64,000 nucleotides of DNA from Paraspadella gotoi. Its lineage: Eukaryota > Animalia > Chaetognatha. The notes beneath the pieces were generated by a model. The model had not been told where the DNA came from. It saw only the letters and a list, made by a program, of their open reading frames with translations, and made no database searches. Shown here piece after piece: positions 52,815-64,000 of the stretch. The first letter of the stretch is position 1, and every line of letters begins with the position of its first letter. The stretch spans positions 7,388,629-7,452,628 of the forward strand of contig CM119265.1 in assembly GCA_051294375.1 (NCBI GenBank). Direction: 5' to 3'. The translations under genes and the position numbers were made by a program.

Positions 52815-54355
52815 CTTCCTCTTCTTTCTTTCTTTCTTCTTTCTTTTTCTTCTTTCTTTCCTTTCTTTCTTATCTTTCTTTCTTCTTTCTTATCTTCTTT
52901 TTTCTTTCTTTCTTTCTTTCTTTCTTATTTCCTTCTTCTTTCTTCCTCCTCCTTCTCTTCCCGTCGATCATTCCCTTGCTCTCCCTCCCGCCTTCCTCTC
53001 CTCCTCCCCTCCCTCTCTCCTCATCCCTCCGCTCCTTTTTCTCGCTCTTATTTGAGTTGTCTTATTTCGTCTTTCTCACTCTTCTTCTCTCCTCCCGTTT
53101 TCCTTTCTATTTTCCTCAATGCTCTCTGTCTGATCTTCGCGTCTTTTCCTCTTCCCTTGTCTCGTCTTTCTCTCTCGTCTCTCTCCGTCGCATCCCTTCT
53201 CTCATCTCCTCATCCACGGCTCCCTCCATCCCTCTTCAGCCCCTCCCCTCTCCCTCCTCATACGATCATCTCTCTTCTCTCACCCTCCTCCTCTCCTCTC
53301 TTCGTCTCCTCGTCTCCCCCTCTCATCACCTCTCCATCGCCCCTCTCTTTCCTCATCCCCCTCTCCGTCTCTTTCCTCTCCCTCTCTCTCTCTCCCTCTC
53401 CCTCCCTCTCCTCATACTCTCCGCGGTGCCTCACCCGTCCATCCCTCCTCTTCCTCTCTCTCCTCTTCTCTCTCTCTCTCTCTCCCTCCATCTCCACTTC
53501 TGACGAACCGTCCTCTCTCCCTCGTCTCCCTCCCTCTACTCTTCCTCTCACTCCGTCCTCTCACGTCTCCCTAGACACGCCGCGAACATGAGTCTACTAC
53601 CTTCTCTCCCTCCTCATCATCTTCCTCTCCCCGGCCCATCTGCTCCTGCTCCTCTCTCCCCTCGCCTCTCAACTCTCTCTCTCTCTCACCCTCTTGTCCT
53701 CTCTCCTCTGCTCTCTCTCTCTCATCATTCCTCTCTCTCCCTCTCTTCTTCTCTCTCTCTCTCTCTCTGTCCGCTTCCCTCCGCTCTCCTCCTGCTCTCT
53801 CAGCGGCCTCTCCCTCATCTCCTTCTCTCTCTCCACCTTCATCGTCTCTCTCTCCTCTCTCGCACGCCTCGTCTCTCTCTCTCTCTCCTCTCCATCCTCT
53901 TCTCCATGTCTTCTCCCTCTCCTCTTCTTCTCTCTCGTCATTCCCAATTCCTTCAATCTTCTCCTATCTATTCTCTTCTCTTCCTCTCTCGCGCTCCCTC
54001 TCCCTCGATCTCTCTCTTCTCTCCTCCGTTCTCGCTCTCTCTTCCCCTTCTCTCTTCCTCCGCCATGCTCCATCTGTCTCTCTTCTCTTACATCTCTCTC
54101 TCTTCTGCTTCCGACGTCCTTCCCTCCTCTCCTCCCCACCCTGCTCTTCTCTCTCTCTCCTCTCTTCTCCTCCTCTCTCCCGTCCGTCTCTCTCCTCTCT
54201 TTCCCCGTTCTTCTCTCCGTCTCATCTCCCCCTCTCGTTCTCCCGCGCCTTCCTCTCCTTCTTACTCGGTCGTATTCTCCCCTCCTCTCCTCTCTCCCCT
54301 ACTCGCTCCTCCTCCTCTGCTCGCTACTTCTCTCTCATCTCTCTCTCTCACTTAG
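52815..54355. repeat. Low-complexity CT-rich tract
   Basis: About 1.5 kb of irregular C/T sequence. The ORFs here (Ser/Leu/Pro-rich or Arg/Glu-rich) are compositional by-products. Confidence 0.85.
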
Positions 54356-54364
54356 TTTCTTTTC

Positions 54365-55025
54365 AGTCTAATCTCTATTTTAGACACGCAACTGAGGTTA
54401 TAGTTGACTAAGAGGCATTTTTCCAATACTTTTCGGCTTGTTTCCCGCACAACAGCAAGTTGCAGATACTGTCTTTTTTTTTTTTTTTTTTTTGACCCTA
54501 GCTGAACAGGCGAAGCTTGAGTAACATTAACGATTCGGTGAAAATTTCTCTTTACGTTGTCGTCATCGTCGGAATCGTACGGTCAATGCGTCGTCGGGCG
54601 GCCCGTCCACCTGATCGGCACACGTTCGGTTCTCGTGATATTTATTTCTACGACGCGCGCCAACTGTTTTGTGAGTAAAGAAGTGGTCCGTTACTGCGAA
54701 AATCGGACTTCATGGGTCAAGAGGCGCGGCCGATGTTTCTCGACAATGGCAACCTAGATGACGGAAGCGTCGAAACCAGATGGCGCCATTCTATTCATAC
54801 CGGTTCGCAGCCAGAATGGCTGGTATAGCGGTAAAGATGGCGGTTGTCAGCAATTTTGTCAACCTCAAATTCACATACGAATGTCAAATCAAAATCCTGG
54901 TGATAGCTATTCAAGTGGGATTTTGGCCTTTACATCCAAAGTTACCGTCTTCCCACCGCGGCGTCATCATTGCCTACCTCCTCTCCGAAGCAGCGGATTC
55001 GTCTCTCACCCACTTCATCGTTCCA
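54365..55025 (-). repeat. Inverted noisy copy of ~52030-52810
   Basis: Examples: ttttagacacgca..gttgactaagaggcattttt is the reverse complement of 52755-52795, and gaatgtcaaatcaaaatcctggtgatagctattcaagtggga is the reverse complement of 52130-52172. Confidence 0.85.
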
Positions 55026-55050
55026 NNNNNNNNNNNNNNNNNNNNNNNNN

Positions 55051-55085
<35 letters not shown>

Positions 55086-55400
55086 TGTCGCTCCTCGAAG
55101 TGACTGGAAGGGGATTTAAATAAACCAAATAGAAAATCGATCCTTGAGTTTAGGTTGAATCGTCGATGATTTTTTAATTCCACTGTGGGCATAAAAAATG
55201 ATTTTCTAATTCCACTGTGGGCGTGAAAGTTGTTTCCAGAGTTTCTACGAAAAGAATTACGAATTATCACGTCAATTAGGGAAGCGGCGAGACGACTCAC
55301 AAGAGTAAAAGTGCTAATGATTTTTTTCCTATTTACAGAAAGGTTTTAGTGCAATGATGCTTTCAATATCTCTGGACATTAATGCAATTTCGAAATGTAT

Positions 55401-55501
55401 TCTTTATTCATCTAACAAATCAGACCAAATCACAAGTAAATTCACCATGAATCATGGTGAATTTAATTGTGATTTGGTCTGATTTGTTAGATGAATAAAG
55501 A
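55401..55501. repeat. Near-perfect palindrome with 50-bp arms, 1-nt centre and 1 mismatch
   Basis: 55401-55450 is the reverse complement of 55452-55501 except at one position. Confidence 0.92.
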
Positions 55502-55519
55502 TGATGATCGTTCAATTAT

Positions 55520-55722
55520 CCTGTCCTATGCACATTCTGTGCGTACAGACTACTTCTCGTAAATTCCACTGAATCAGTCCTCAGCTGTTTCCGATCCGTG
55601 CAACTGTTCGCCTCCTCAGTTGTCCTATAAACAGCCTGAACTCTGCCTCTGGCATCTCCTTCCAGATCTCCGAAGCGACTCGAATCTCAGCTGCTCCGAT
55701 CGACTTCGCTTTATCTCTCGGC
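55520..55722 (-). CDS. Candidate exon encoding the second half of an HMG-box-like domain
   Basis: Acceptor TTTTTATAG at 55723-55731. Translation across frameshifts gives ..AEIRVASEIWKEMPEAE..VY...EE...QL..EFTRSSLY, resembling HMG-box helices 2-3. A possible upstream exon ends LNP..LIFVQ|GTAAG at ~57505. Confidence 0.35.
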
Positions 55723-58689
55723 CTATAAAAACAAAATAGAGGAGAATTTAAAGAAGAAGAAGAGTCGGAAAGAAGAAGAAAAAGATGAAGAGTTAAGAAG
55801 AAGGAGACGAAAGGAAAAATAAACGTAACCAGGAAGAAGATTTAAACGAAGAAAGAGGGAAAAAGAAATCTGAATGAAAACGAAAGGAGAGAGAGAGAAA
55901 CGAATTAACGGCAGCCCATCTGTTGGAATCCTTTTACCGATGTCATTAAACGAAAAAAAGATTTGTACTCTTAGTAAAACTTGGCAACGGACGCGACCGA
56001 GAGTGCTGAGAGAGATGGAGAGATGAGAAGATGAGAAGAGAGAGAGAGAGAAGAGAGAGAGAAGAGATGTCCGCGGAGAAGAGAGAGAGAGAGAGTGAGT
56101 ATAGATTGACGGGTAAACAAGAAAACGTTATCAAACAGTTTTCAGAAAGTTTACCAAGACTTCAAGAAAGAGGGAAAACTTTTGGGAAGAAAATCTTCCT
56201 AAAATTACATAGAATTGAATATTAATATATATGAACTCCTGAACTATCTTTTACTGTTTCTACTAAAGGATTCTTGGTCCGAGATCTATCACGTTTGAAA
56301 GAGGAGACCGAGTCTCAGAGAGACAGGATATCAAGATGCGCATTTGTTTTGATTCTATTTTAAACCCGTCGGTTGCGTCGTCTTCGCTCGGTCGACAAAA
56401 GAACAAAAAACGGGGCGAAGGAGAAAAAAAACAACAAATTATATGAGAAAAAAAGGTAAGACCGAAAAGCGATGTATAAAAAAGGAACAAATTAAAAAAA
56501 AACCAATGAATGAACTAGCTCGTGAAAGGGAAGCCGAGAGACTGGCAGCCTTCTTTTAACGTCCCATTCGCCTTGTCTTTTTTGCGACTCGCTCTCTTTC
56601 CTCGTCTTCTCTCTCTCCTTCTTCTCTCGATCTCTCTCTCCTCTGCTCTCCCTCTCATCTCTCTCTCCCTCTCTCTCTCTTGTCTCTCTCTCTCTCGCCA
56701 CACAGCAATTCTCTCTTTTCTCTTTTTCGCTTCGTTTCTCATCTATTGTTAACCTCAAGTCCTTTACTGTCGACTTCACGTCGCGTCGCCGTCATTTGCA
56801 ATTCAATTTCACCGATCGAGACCCGCCTTCACTCCCCCTTCACAGTTCACTCCTATTCCGCTCCCTCTCGTTCACTTTCTCACGCCTTCACTTTCCCGAC
56901 TTCACTCTTATTCCGCTCCCCTCCTTCGACTCCCATTTTCCATTTCTCCATTACCTTCACTGCACTGCCCAATCTCCACTCCCGTTTAATAAGCTTCGCT
57001 CTTCGTTTTCACTTCTCCGATCATCACTCCCAGCGATCGACACCCCTACTTTGACTTTATCTCTCCTCGCCAGGTTAGACTCACTCTTGCTCAGATGACC
57101 TGAAATCCGTGATTTTTCTCTTTTTCCCCTAAGATGCTCGTCGCCATGAGTTTCTGGTCGGTAGTGAAAAGCCTATAACCCACTCTTCCTCCGAGGCGCC
57201 ACCCTGTCCCCGCGACGATAAAACATTCGTTTAACCCAATGGATACCAAAAGTACAACTTCGGATTCAAGTTAACTCTAATTTACTTTGCATAAACCAAG
57301 CGAAATAAAGAAGACTGATTCGATCGAGAAATGAAAATTCTTTAAACAAATTAACAAATGGTATAATCTTGATGGCGCCATAACTTTAAATTTAAAACGC
57401 CCGACGAGAAAATAATTATCTTAATAATTATCTTAATAACGATGTCAGTTAACATCAGTTGGTGAATTGCCTCCATCTACTAAACATAATATGTTTTCCT
57501 TACCTTGAACGAAAATTAATCTTGATGGGTTTAAAGCGACGTATTACATCTTACTCCATACCTCTGTAAGTTGAGAGGTCCCGTTTTCTGATCCTTTCAA
57601 CAGTCTGCCACATACTCACTACCTCAGCCAGTCAGTCACACTGCAAGCCTGTCAGTCAGTCAATCTCCCGCTCTAACTCATTGTCGCAGCCGTTCTGTCG
57701 CCACGGACNNNNNNNNNNNNNNNNNNNNNNNNNTTTCCACGCCGAGGGACTGCCAGAGGAATCGTTTTCATTCACTTGCAAAGGTGTGGGTCAGGGCGTC
57801 GATGACTAACAAACTGACGCTTAAGATCAGTGTGGAGTTTTTTTTTGATATATCTTAATAAAAATATTTCTCTATTATTCTATTATAGCATATATATTTC
57901 ACTATCATGTAATCAGTTTTTTTAAAACAGAACGATCCGACGAAATTGACCGAGAGAAACGTGGCATCGCTGTACGACTCTCGTGACGATATCGATTCCC
58001 ATACGAGAAGACAAAGGAACGAGTTAGAAATAGGATGCCACCGGTTTGGTTAACGTTTGGATCAAAAAAAACGTATTGTTCCCTATGTTGTTTGTTGTGT
58101 TTGGGAGAGATGAGAGATGACTGGACCGAAGAGTAGAGAGATTGAGAGCGAGAGAGATGAGAGAGATGGGAGGCAGAGGGAGCGGAGAAAGAATGCGGAT
58201 AGAAGAGAGAAAAAAGAGATGCCGTCCAGGGAAATGTTTAGAAAAGTTCTATAAGGGGAATGAACTGGAAAAATCACATGGCAACGCGTTTTCACGAACA
58301 CTTTTTGGAGAGATCGAAACAGGTTCGGAGATGGATATGAATGAAGAATAAAAGAGATAAAGAAATAAACTGATATAAGAATTTCTCCTTACTCAACTTC
58401 CTAACAAAAGCTCCACGAACTTGAGCAATTACATGGAGAGAAGTAGAAAGCATAAACGCCGGTTAAGTTTCAGGTCACTCCTAAATCTGTTCAAAGTAAA
58501 AAGTTGCTAACGATCATCTCCGGTTCTACGATACAATCATCGTTTTGAAAGATCGACGAGAGATCTAGATGAGATCATCTCTCCCTCTCGTCTCTCTTCC
58601 TCTCCGATCTTCTCTCTCGATCTAGGCATCTCTCTCGTTCTCTCTCGTACCCTCTCTCTCGATGATTACTCTCGCTCTGTCTCCTTCTC

Positions 58690-58781
<92 letters not shown>

Positions 58782-60757
58782 TCTCTCGTCTTTACAATTA
58801 CGACGAACTGAAATGATCACCTCCAAGGATTTTTATGATCCGAGTCACGTGAGGACTGATAGATTGAGTGAGAGATCATTTTTCACAGAGACTCCGAGAC
58901 TGGAAAAACTCTCGACAGGGAGTAAAAAAAGAGTATTTACATTTGAAAGATAAGAGAGAGCGAAGTATTGATCGAGAGATAGCGTTTGAGTGTAGAAGAT
59001 AAATGGCTAATTTTAAGCCTCCATCTCAAGATCCGTTAATTTAGGAATTAGACGGTAGTTAGAACAAATAGCAATTCTCGATGGAGATGTCAATTATAAT
59101 AAAGCTTGTGAAAAGTTAGGATATCTCAGTTTTTGGTACGAATTTTCTGAGATGAGAAAGAAAATATACTGGATGCTCTCTATATGTTTCTAATCTGCGA
59201 TCTCTTTCCTTCTTCTCTCTCTGCACTGCCTGGCTTCTCTCGTTTAAATCTCACCAAAACCTACTCTGCCAACCGTCCACTTTGCTCTATTAGGTGCGCT
59301 TTTGAAATTATTTTCTTTGGTATCGCACGGTATTGTAGTGCGTTCGATTTCTTAGCGCCATCTCTTCATATCGCTCTGTCACATAGCGACTGTGCGCTGC
59401 CTGTTAGACTATCTTTTCTTCGTGCCTGTTTGTCAATAATGTATACTCGCTTCGAACGTCCTCCTTTATGTGTTCTTTCACTCTCTATCTCTGCTTATCA
59501 TATGCTGATACTCTCATGCTCGATCTTTATCTTAAAACCATTCCTTGCGGTATTAAAATATTCGTGCCATCTATAATGTTTGCAATGTTTTGTATGATGT
59601 CCATTCACACATTCATGTTTCCAACTTCGGTGCGATCTTCAGCCCTTTATGACTTTATATAAGTTCGTCATGATCTCGTCTCCTGTCAATTGCTCATATC
59701 TCACTGCGTGGCCTCATGTCAAGTCCCGATGTGATAGCCTTTGATTCGGTCAAATCACCGGCTAATCAACTTTGATGAACTTTTGCTAGCTCTCGCAGAA
59801 CACTCTAAATTGTCTAGACTAGCGGGATCGTTTCTTTGCACGTTAAGTCACTTGCTTTTTACCACAGCTTCACTGGAGAGTTTCGTAGCTGATTGGTTCA
59901 TCTCAGTGCTCGATAATAAACAAACCAAATGATTAATAACGTCTAGCTGAATCCTACCCGCTCGCTGTCTTGCCCTTCACTACTTTTCTCACCCAGTGTC
60001 GGTATTATCATCTTTGGCGTCTCTCTCGTATACTCTGCTGCATCATCCGAGAAATTCTCTGACTCAATTGTTCTCCACCATATTCTCGGGGGTCCAGTGG
60101 AATAGTTCAATTATGATATATTAACCCTCAAAGCCAAGCGTGCTCGACGAGCCGGCCAATCTCCTATTCTCTCTTCTCTTCATATGTTTTGGTCACCCGT
60201 TCTAACACTTTCCCTTCCGCCCCCCCCCTTCAAAACATTTCAAGGAACCTTGGAATCTTTTCCGATTCCAACTCCCGACATCTTCAACCTTTTTCACTCT
60301 CACGCTTTCCCGCTCCTTTCCAAAACTCACCCTCTCACAAGACCCCAAACAACGAAAGTGAAACGAAGGGCGAAGAAAATTCTTTTTCCAACTCAACAAA
60401 ATAACGACGTCGGGAAACGACTTTTGATCCAAAACCAGGGATGAGAGAGAGAGAGAAAGGGAGAGGGAGAGAGAGAGAGAGANNNNNNNNNNGGGGGGGG
60501 GAAGGAGAGTTGGGCTGAGGGCGTTTGTGTGAAGAAGAAAGAAGCCAAGCTGCGGACGGGCCTTTTCAACCTGCGCCCCTTTCAACACAACAGTAACGCA
60601 TTAAAAACAGAATTCACAAGTAATTAGAAGTTGCAAAAATAAATAAATTCTGGTTATGAAAAATGAAATATCTAATACGTGTCCGTTTACAGCGAATGAT
60701 GACAGAGTACAAACATTGTAATAATTGTACTAATCGCTAACTTATATTTTTTCTCAC

Positions 60758-63700
60758 TCAACTCTGCTTGCGAACGGTGTCGCTGTCGTTTCGCGTCTTC
60801 GCCACGCGCGCCAGAAAAGACGCCGCTCCCGAGACTTAGGACCAAGGGCGCCGCTTTTCGAGGTCGAAACGACTCGAGGCCCGGCGAAGGCGGCGCCTCT
60901 AAAAGGAGGGCGGCGCCGCTGGTGAGAAGGCGGGCGAAAGTGGCATCGATGGCGCCGCCTCGACGGTGAGACCGGGACAAAGTGAGGGTCGACGTTAAAG
61001 GGTGAAGGGTGAGNNNNNNNNNNNNNNNNNNNNNNNNNNNNNNNNNNNNNNNNNNNNNNNNNNNNNNNNNNNNNNNNNNNNNNNNNNNNNNNNNNNNNNN
61101 NNNNNNNNNNNNNNNNNNNNNNNNNNNNNNNNNNNNNNNNNNNNNNNNNNNNNNNNNNNNNNNNNNNNNNNNNNNNNNNNNNNNNNNNNNNNNNNNNNNN
61201 NNNNNNNNNNNNNNNNNNNNNNNGAAAGAAAGAAACGGAAAGATGAATTGAGATAGACGCAAACTGGAAAACTTAAATGCAGATACGTATCAAAATATAA
61301 ATACATACATACTAAGTTCACTAAAAAGAGAGGAAAAAGAGAATAAGGATGATAGAGATGATGAAAAGAGATAGAAGAAGAAAGAAAGAGATAGACAGAT
61401 AGATGAGGAGGTAGGAAGACATCCGCTCAAATGGTAAAGGTCTTCCAACTCTGAGGAGGAGGAAAGGAGGAGGAGGAGGAGGAGGAGGAGAAAGATGTTT
61501 TTAGGGAAAGGAAGAGAAAAAAAAAGGAAAAAGGAAAAAAGAAAAAATCGGTCGCCTTCGAGCAAAGACGCTGAAAGATGAAAACGATAGGACTGGTTCT
61601 GGTAAGCCGACACCACTGGGGCCTAGAAAGGTGTCCCGACTTTTCTGAGGGAGGGAAAGAGAGAGNNNNNNNNNNNNNNNNNNNNNNNNNNNNNNNNNNN
61701 NNNNNNNNNNNNNNNNNNNNNNNNNNNNNNNNNNNNNNNNNNNNNNNNNNNNNNNNNNNNNNNNNNNNNNNNNNNNNNNNNNNNNNNNNNNNNNNNNNNN
61801 NNNNNNNNNNNNNNNNNNNNNNNNNNNNNNNNNNNNNNNNNNNNNNNNNNNNNNNNNAGAGAGAGAGAGAGAGAGAGGAGAGTGAGAGAGAGTAGTTTGG
61901 AAACGGGTTAAAAATAGATAGTAATTATTAATCAAATAAGATAAAGATAAATTCAAATTTTAAATGAACAAGAATAATAAAAAAATGTTGATCATTTGCA
62001 GAACTTCTTGCCTAAAGAAAAAGAAGCAAAAAATAAGAGAAGAGAAAAAAATTAAAGACAAAGAAAAAAGTGAAGAAAGAAAAAGAGAAGAAAGAGAAGG
62101 AGATGAAAAAAAAGGAGAAGAAAGAAAAGGAGAAGAAAGAAAAGGAGAAGAAAGAAAAGGAGAAGAAAATAAAGGAGAAGAAAGAAAAGGAGAAGAAAGA
62201 AAAGGAGAAGAAAGAAAAGGAGAAGAAAGAAAAGGAGAAGAAAGATAATAAGAAGAAAGAAAAGGAGAAGAAAGAAAAGGAGAAGAAAGAAAAGGAGAAG
62301 AAAGAAAAGGAGAAGAAAGAAAAGGAGAAGAAAGAAAAGTACAAGAAAGAAAAGGAGAGAGGCGAAATCGAATGAAATTAAGATGAATGGAGAATCAGAG
62401 AAAAGAAAAAAAAAGATTCGAATTTAAGATAAATTCTTTTTTTTCTTTTTTTTCCCTTTTTTAAATTTCGGTAGGCACTAGACAGAGATTTGAAAGAGGA
62501 GGAGGAGGGGGAAGAGGAGGAGGAAGAGGAAACGCTGGACCTTTTGAGGAAAAAGTTAAAAGTAAAGAGGAAAGAGGATAAACGTCAAATCTCCCGACGA
62601 GAAGCGAATCGAATTTGAAATTTTTTGGCGCGAGGGAATAAAATAATTATCGGTCGTTCTTCGATGAAAAAATATGTAATATGCCGCGTCATATTAAGTT
62701 AAAGTAGAACTATTTAGACCAACCAAAATTTTTTCAGTCATGGAAATATCCGTTTTATGCTTGTCAAAAAAGTTAATGTGTAACGGGTTAAAAAAAGGAA
62801 GAATATTTGACGAAGGAAAAAGGAAAAAGTGAAGAAAGGAAATTGACATGAGAAAGAAAGTTGAAAGTATTGAAAGGTGATAGACAAGACGAGGGAGAAG
62901 GTAATTTTGTGTAAAATATTTTTTTGCAAAAATGTTCCAAACCATGAGTAATTCGCTAAATTAATATTATTATATTGCTATTATAAATGTCAAAAATTTT
63001 TTTTTGGTATTTTAAGTTTTTTAATTGATTTGATAGAGCTTAAAAAGTTAAGCAAAAAATATAATTACACTTTTAAAATTTGATGTTTTATTACTAAAAA
63101 TTAGTAAAAACTGCTAAAATCATCGGATGATGATGATGATGATGATTTTTTAAGTTTTCTCAATTTTAAACCCACTACATCAAAATATTTTGAAAAAATA
63201 ATTATACTTTGTGTAGATAACTTTTTTATAAGCTATTTGAATCTGCTTTTAAAATTAAAAATTCCAAAAAAAATTTTAAATTTTCTATCTATAATAAATA
63301 TTAAAAATTAATTACTAATGCTCTTGCCCATTTTAGAAATTCTTTGCTCCATTGAAATTTTTCTCAGAAATGGTATGAAGTTTATTTGGAAAGGTTCCCA
63401 AATCAAACTTCTGACCCACCCCATTGACGAAGTTTCAAAAACTCGCACTGAATGAATAATTAATTGGGTCATCGATTCATTCCGTAATTTACTCGAGATC
63501 CCTACCTGTCTCGCTCTCTCTCCCGAGGTGAGGAGTGTCGTGACCGAGACGACGACGACGATGCCGCAGCAGACGCTGCCCGCCGCCGACGCAGCGTAAG
63601 CCGCGAGGGCGTCGTTTCCGGCGAGGCGCGCGTCTGCGTCGTGGAAGAGCGGGAGGAGGAGATCGCCGCCGGAGAGAAGAGCGGCGGCGCTGCGGCGGAG

Positions 63701-63978
63701 ACGAGGACAGCAGCGGCGAAATATCTTGAGCCGAGGTGCGCGTCTGCGGTGAAGATAAAGAATGTTTCGGTTACGATCCTAATTTGTCATTTCTTAGAAA
63801 TACTACTTCTTTGTTCCTATTTTTCACTGACCTGTCTTCGGCATTTGGCAGCCGGTCCTTGAGCCCGTGAGAATTGCCTTCTCCTTGACTAGTGGAGACA
63901 TTTGGGTCGACGTCCCATGGGATTCTTGTCGAGCCACTCGGCCAGGTGCTTTAGCGGTGGGGCCTTCGAGCCCGTTAT
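60758..63978 (-). CDS. 3' part of a CHD6-9/kismet-type chromatin remodeller gene. BRK exon 63832-63978, next exon 63506-63743, weaker candidates at ~61550-61645, ~61400-61450 and ~60758-61000
   Basis: After acceptor TTGAACAG the exon reads ITGSKAPPLKHLAEWLDKNPM(W)DVDPK..LVKEK, the second half of a BRK domain typical of kismet/CHD7. Both main exons have GT donors. Membership of the downstream exons is inferred, and the gene extends beyond the window. Confidence 0.75.
62075..62358. repeat. 15-bp purine minisatellite (AAAAGGAGAAGAAAG)n, ~18 units, intronic
   Basis: Directly visible periodicity. Confidence 0.92.
62908..63428 (+). repeat. Second member of the AT-rich interspersed repeat, in an intron of the CHD-like gene
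   Basis: Colinear with 21740-22262; substitution-type divergence and unrelated flanks. Confidence 0.8.
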
Positions 63979-64000
63979 CTGTTCAAAAATAATGTAAATA

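Larger units (their letters stand above)
1429..57733. other. Six assembly gaps of exactly 25 N (1429-1453, 27047-27071, 39315-39339, 48778-48802, 55026-55050, 57709-57733), plus larger sized gaps after 49.4 kb
   Basis: N runs counted directly. A fixed 25-N spacer is the PBJelly convention for overfilled gaps; applying that to this assembly is inference. Confidence 0.85.

Noticed and set aside
55167-55228. Two ~32-bp direct repeats (taattccactgtgggc)
   Set aside because: Only two units, consistent with a simple local duplication and no further structure.

Overview
This is intron-rich animal DNA with many (GA)n/(CT)n microsatellites, taken from a noisy draft assembly. Recognisable content: (1) BBS5, with at least 10 coding exons on the minus strand at about 21340-25356; (2) a convergent PNT+ETS transcription-factor gene on the plus strand at about 16510-20486; (3) a frameshifted Ty3/Gypsy LTR retrotransposon (PR-RT-RNaseH-INT) at about 8070-14560; (4) 3' exons of a CHD6-9/kismet-like gene with a BRK domain at the right edge, minus strand; (5) a possible HMG-box gene at about 55.5-57.6 kb. 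About half the window is redundant. BBS5 sequence appears four times and the ETS gene twice, including fold-back inversions of about 11 kb and 7.7 kb. The copies differ mostly by scattered 1-nt indels, and the window has six gaps of exactly 25 N. This points to uncorrected or chimeric long-read gap filling rather than real paralogues. The most interesting signal that survives the artefact filter is a 42-bp (14-codon, stop-free) minisatellite made of the BBS5 3' splice site plus the first exon codons. It creates about 10 tandem candidate acceptors and is seen in all three copies that cover it. Other items worth checking are a near-perfect 101-nt hairpin, an unclassified ~520-bp intronic interspersed repeat, an ~1.4-kb extra segment inside Gypsy pol, and a candidate 8-nt microexon. 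All domain calls come from manual translation and remembered consensus motifs; no searches were run.
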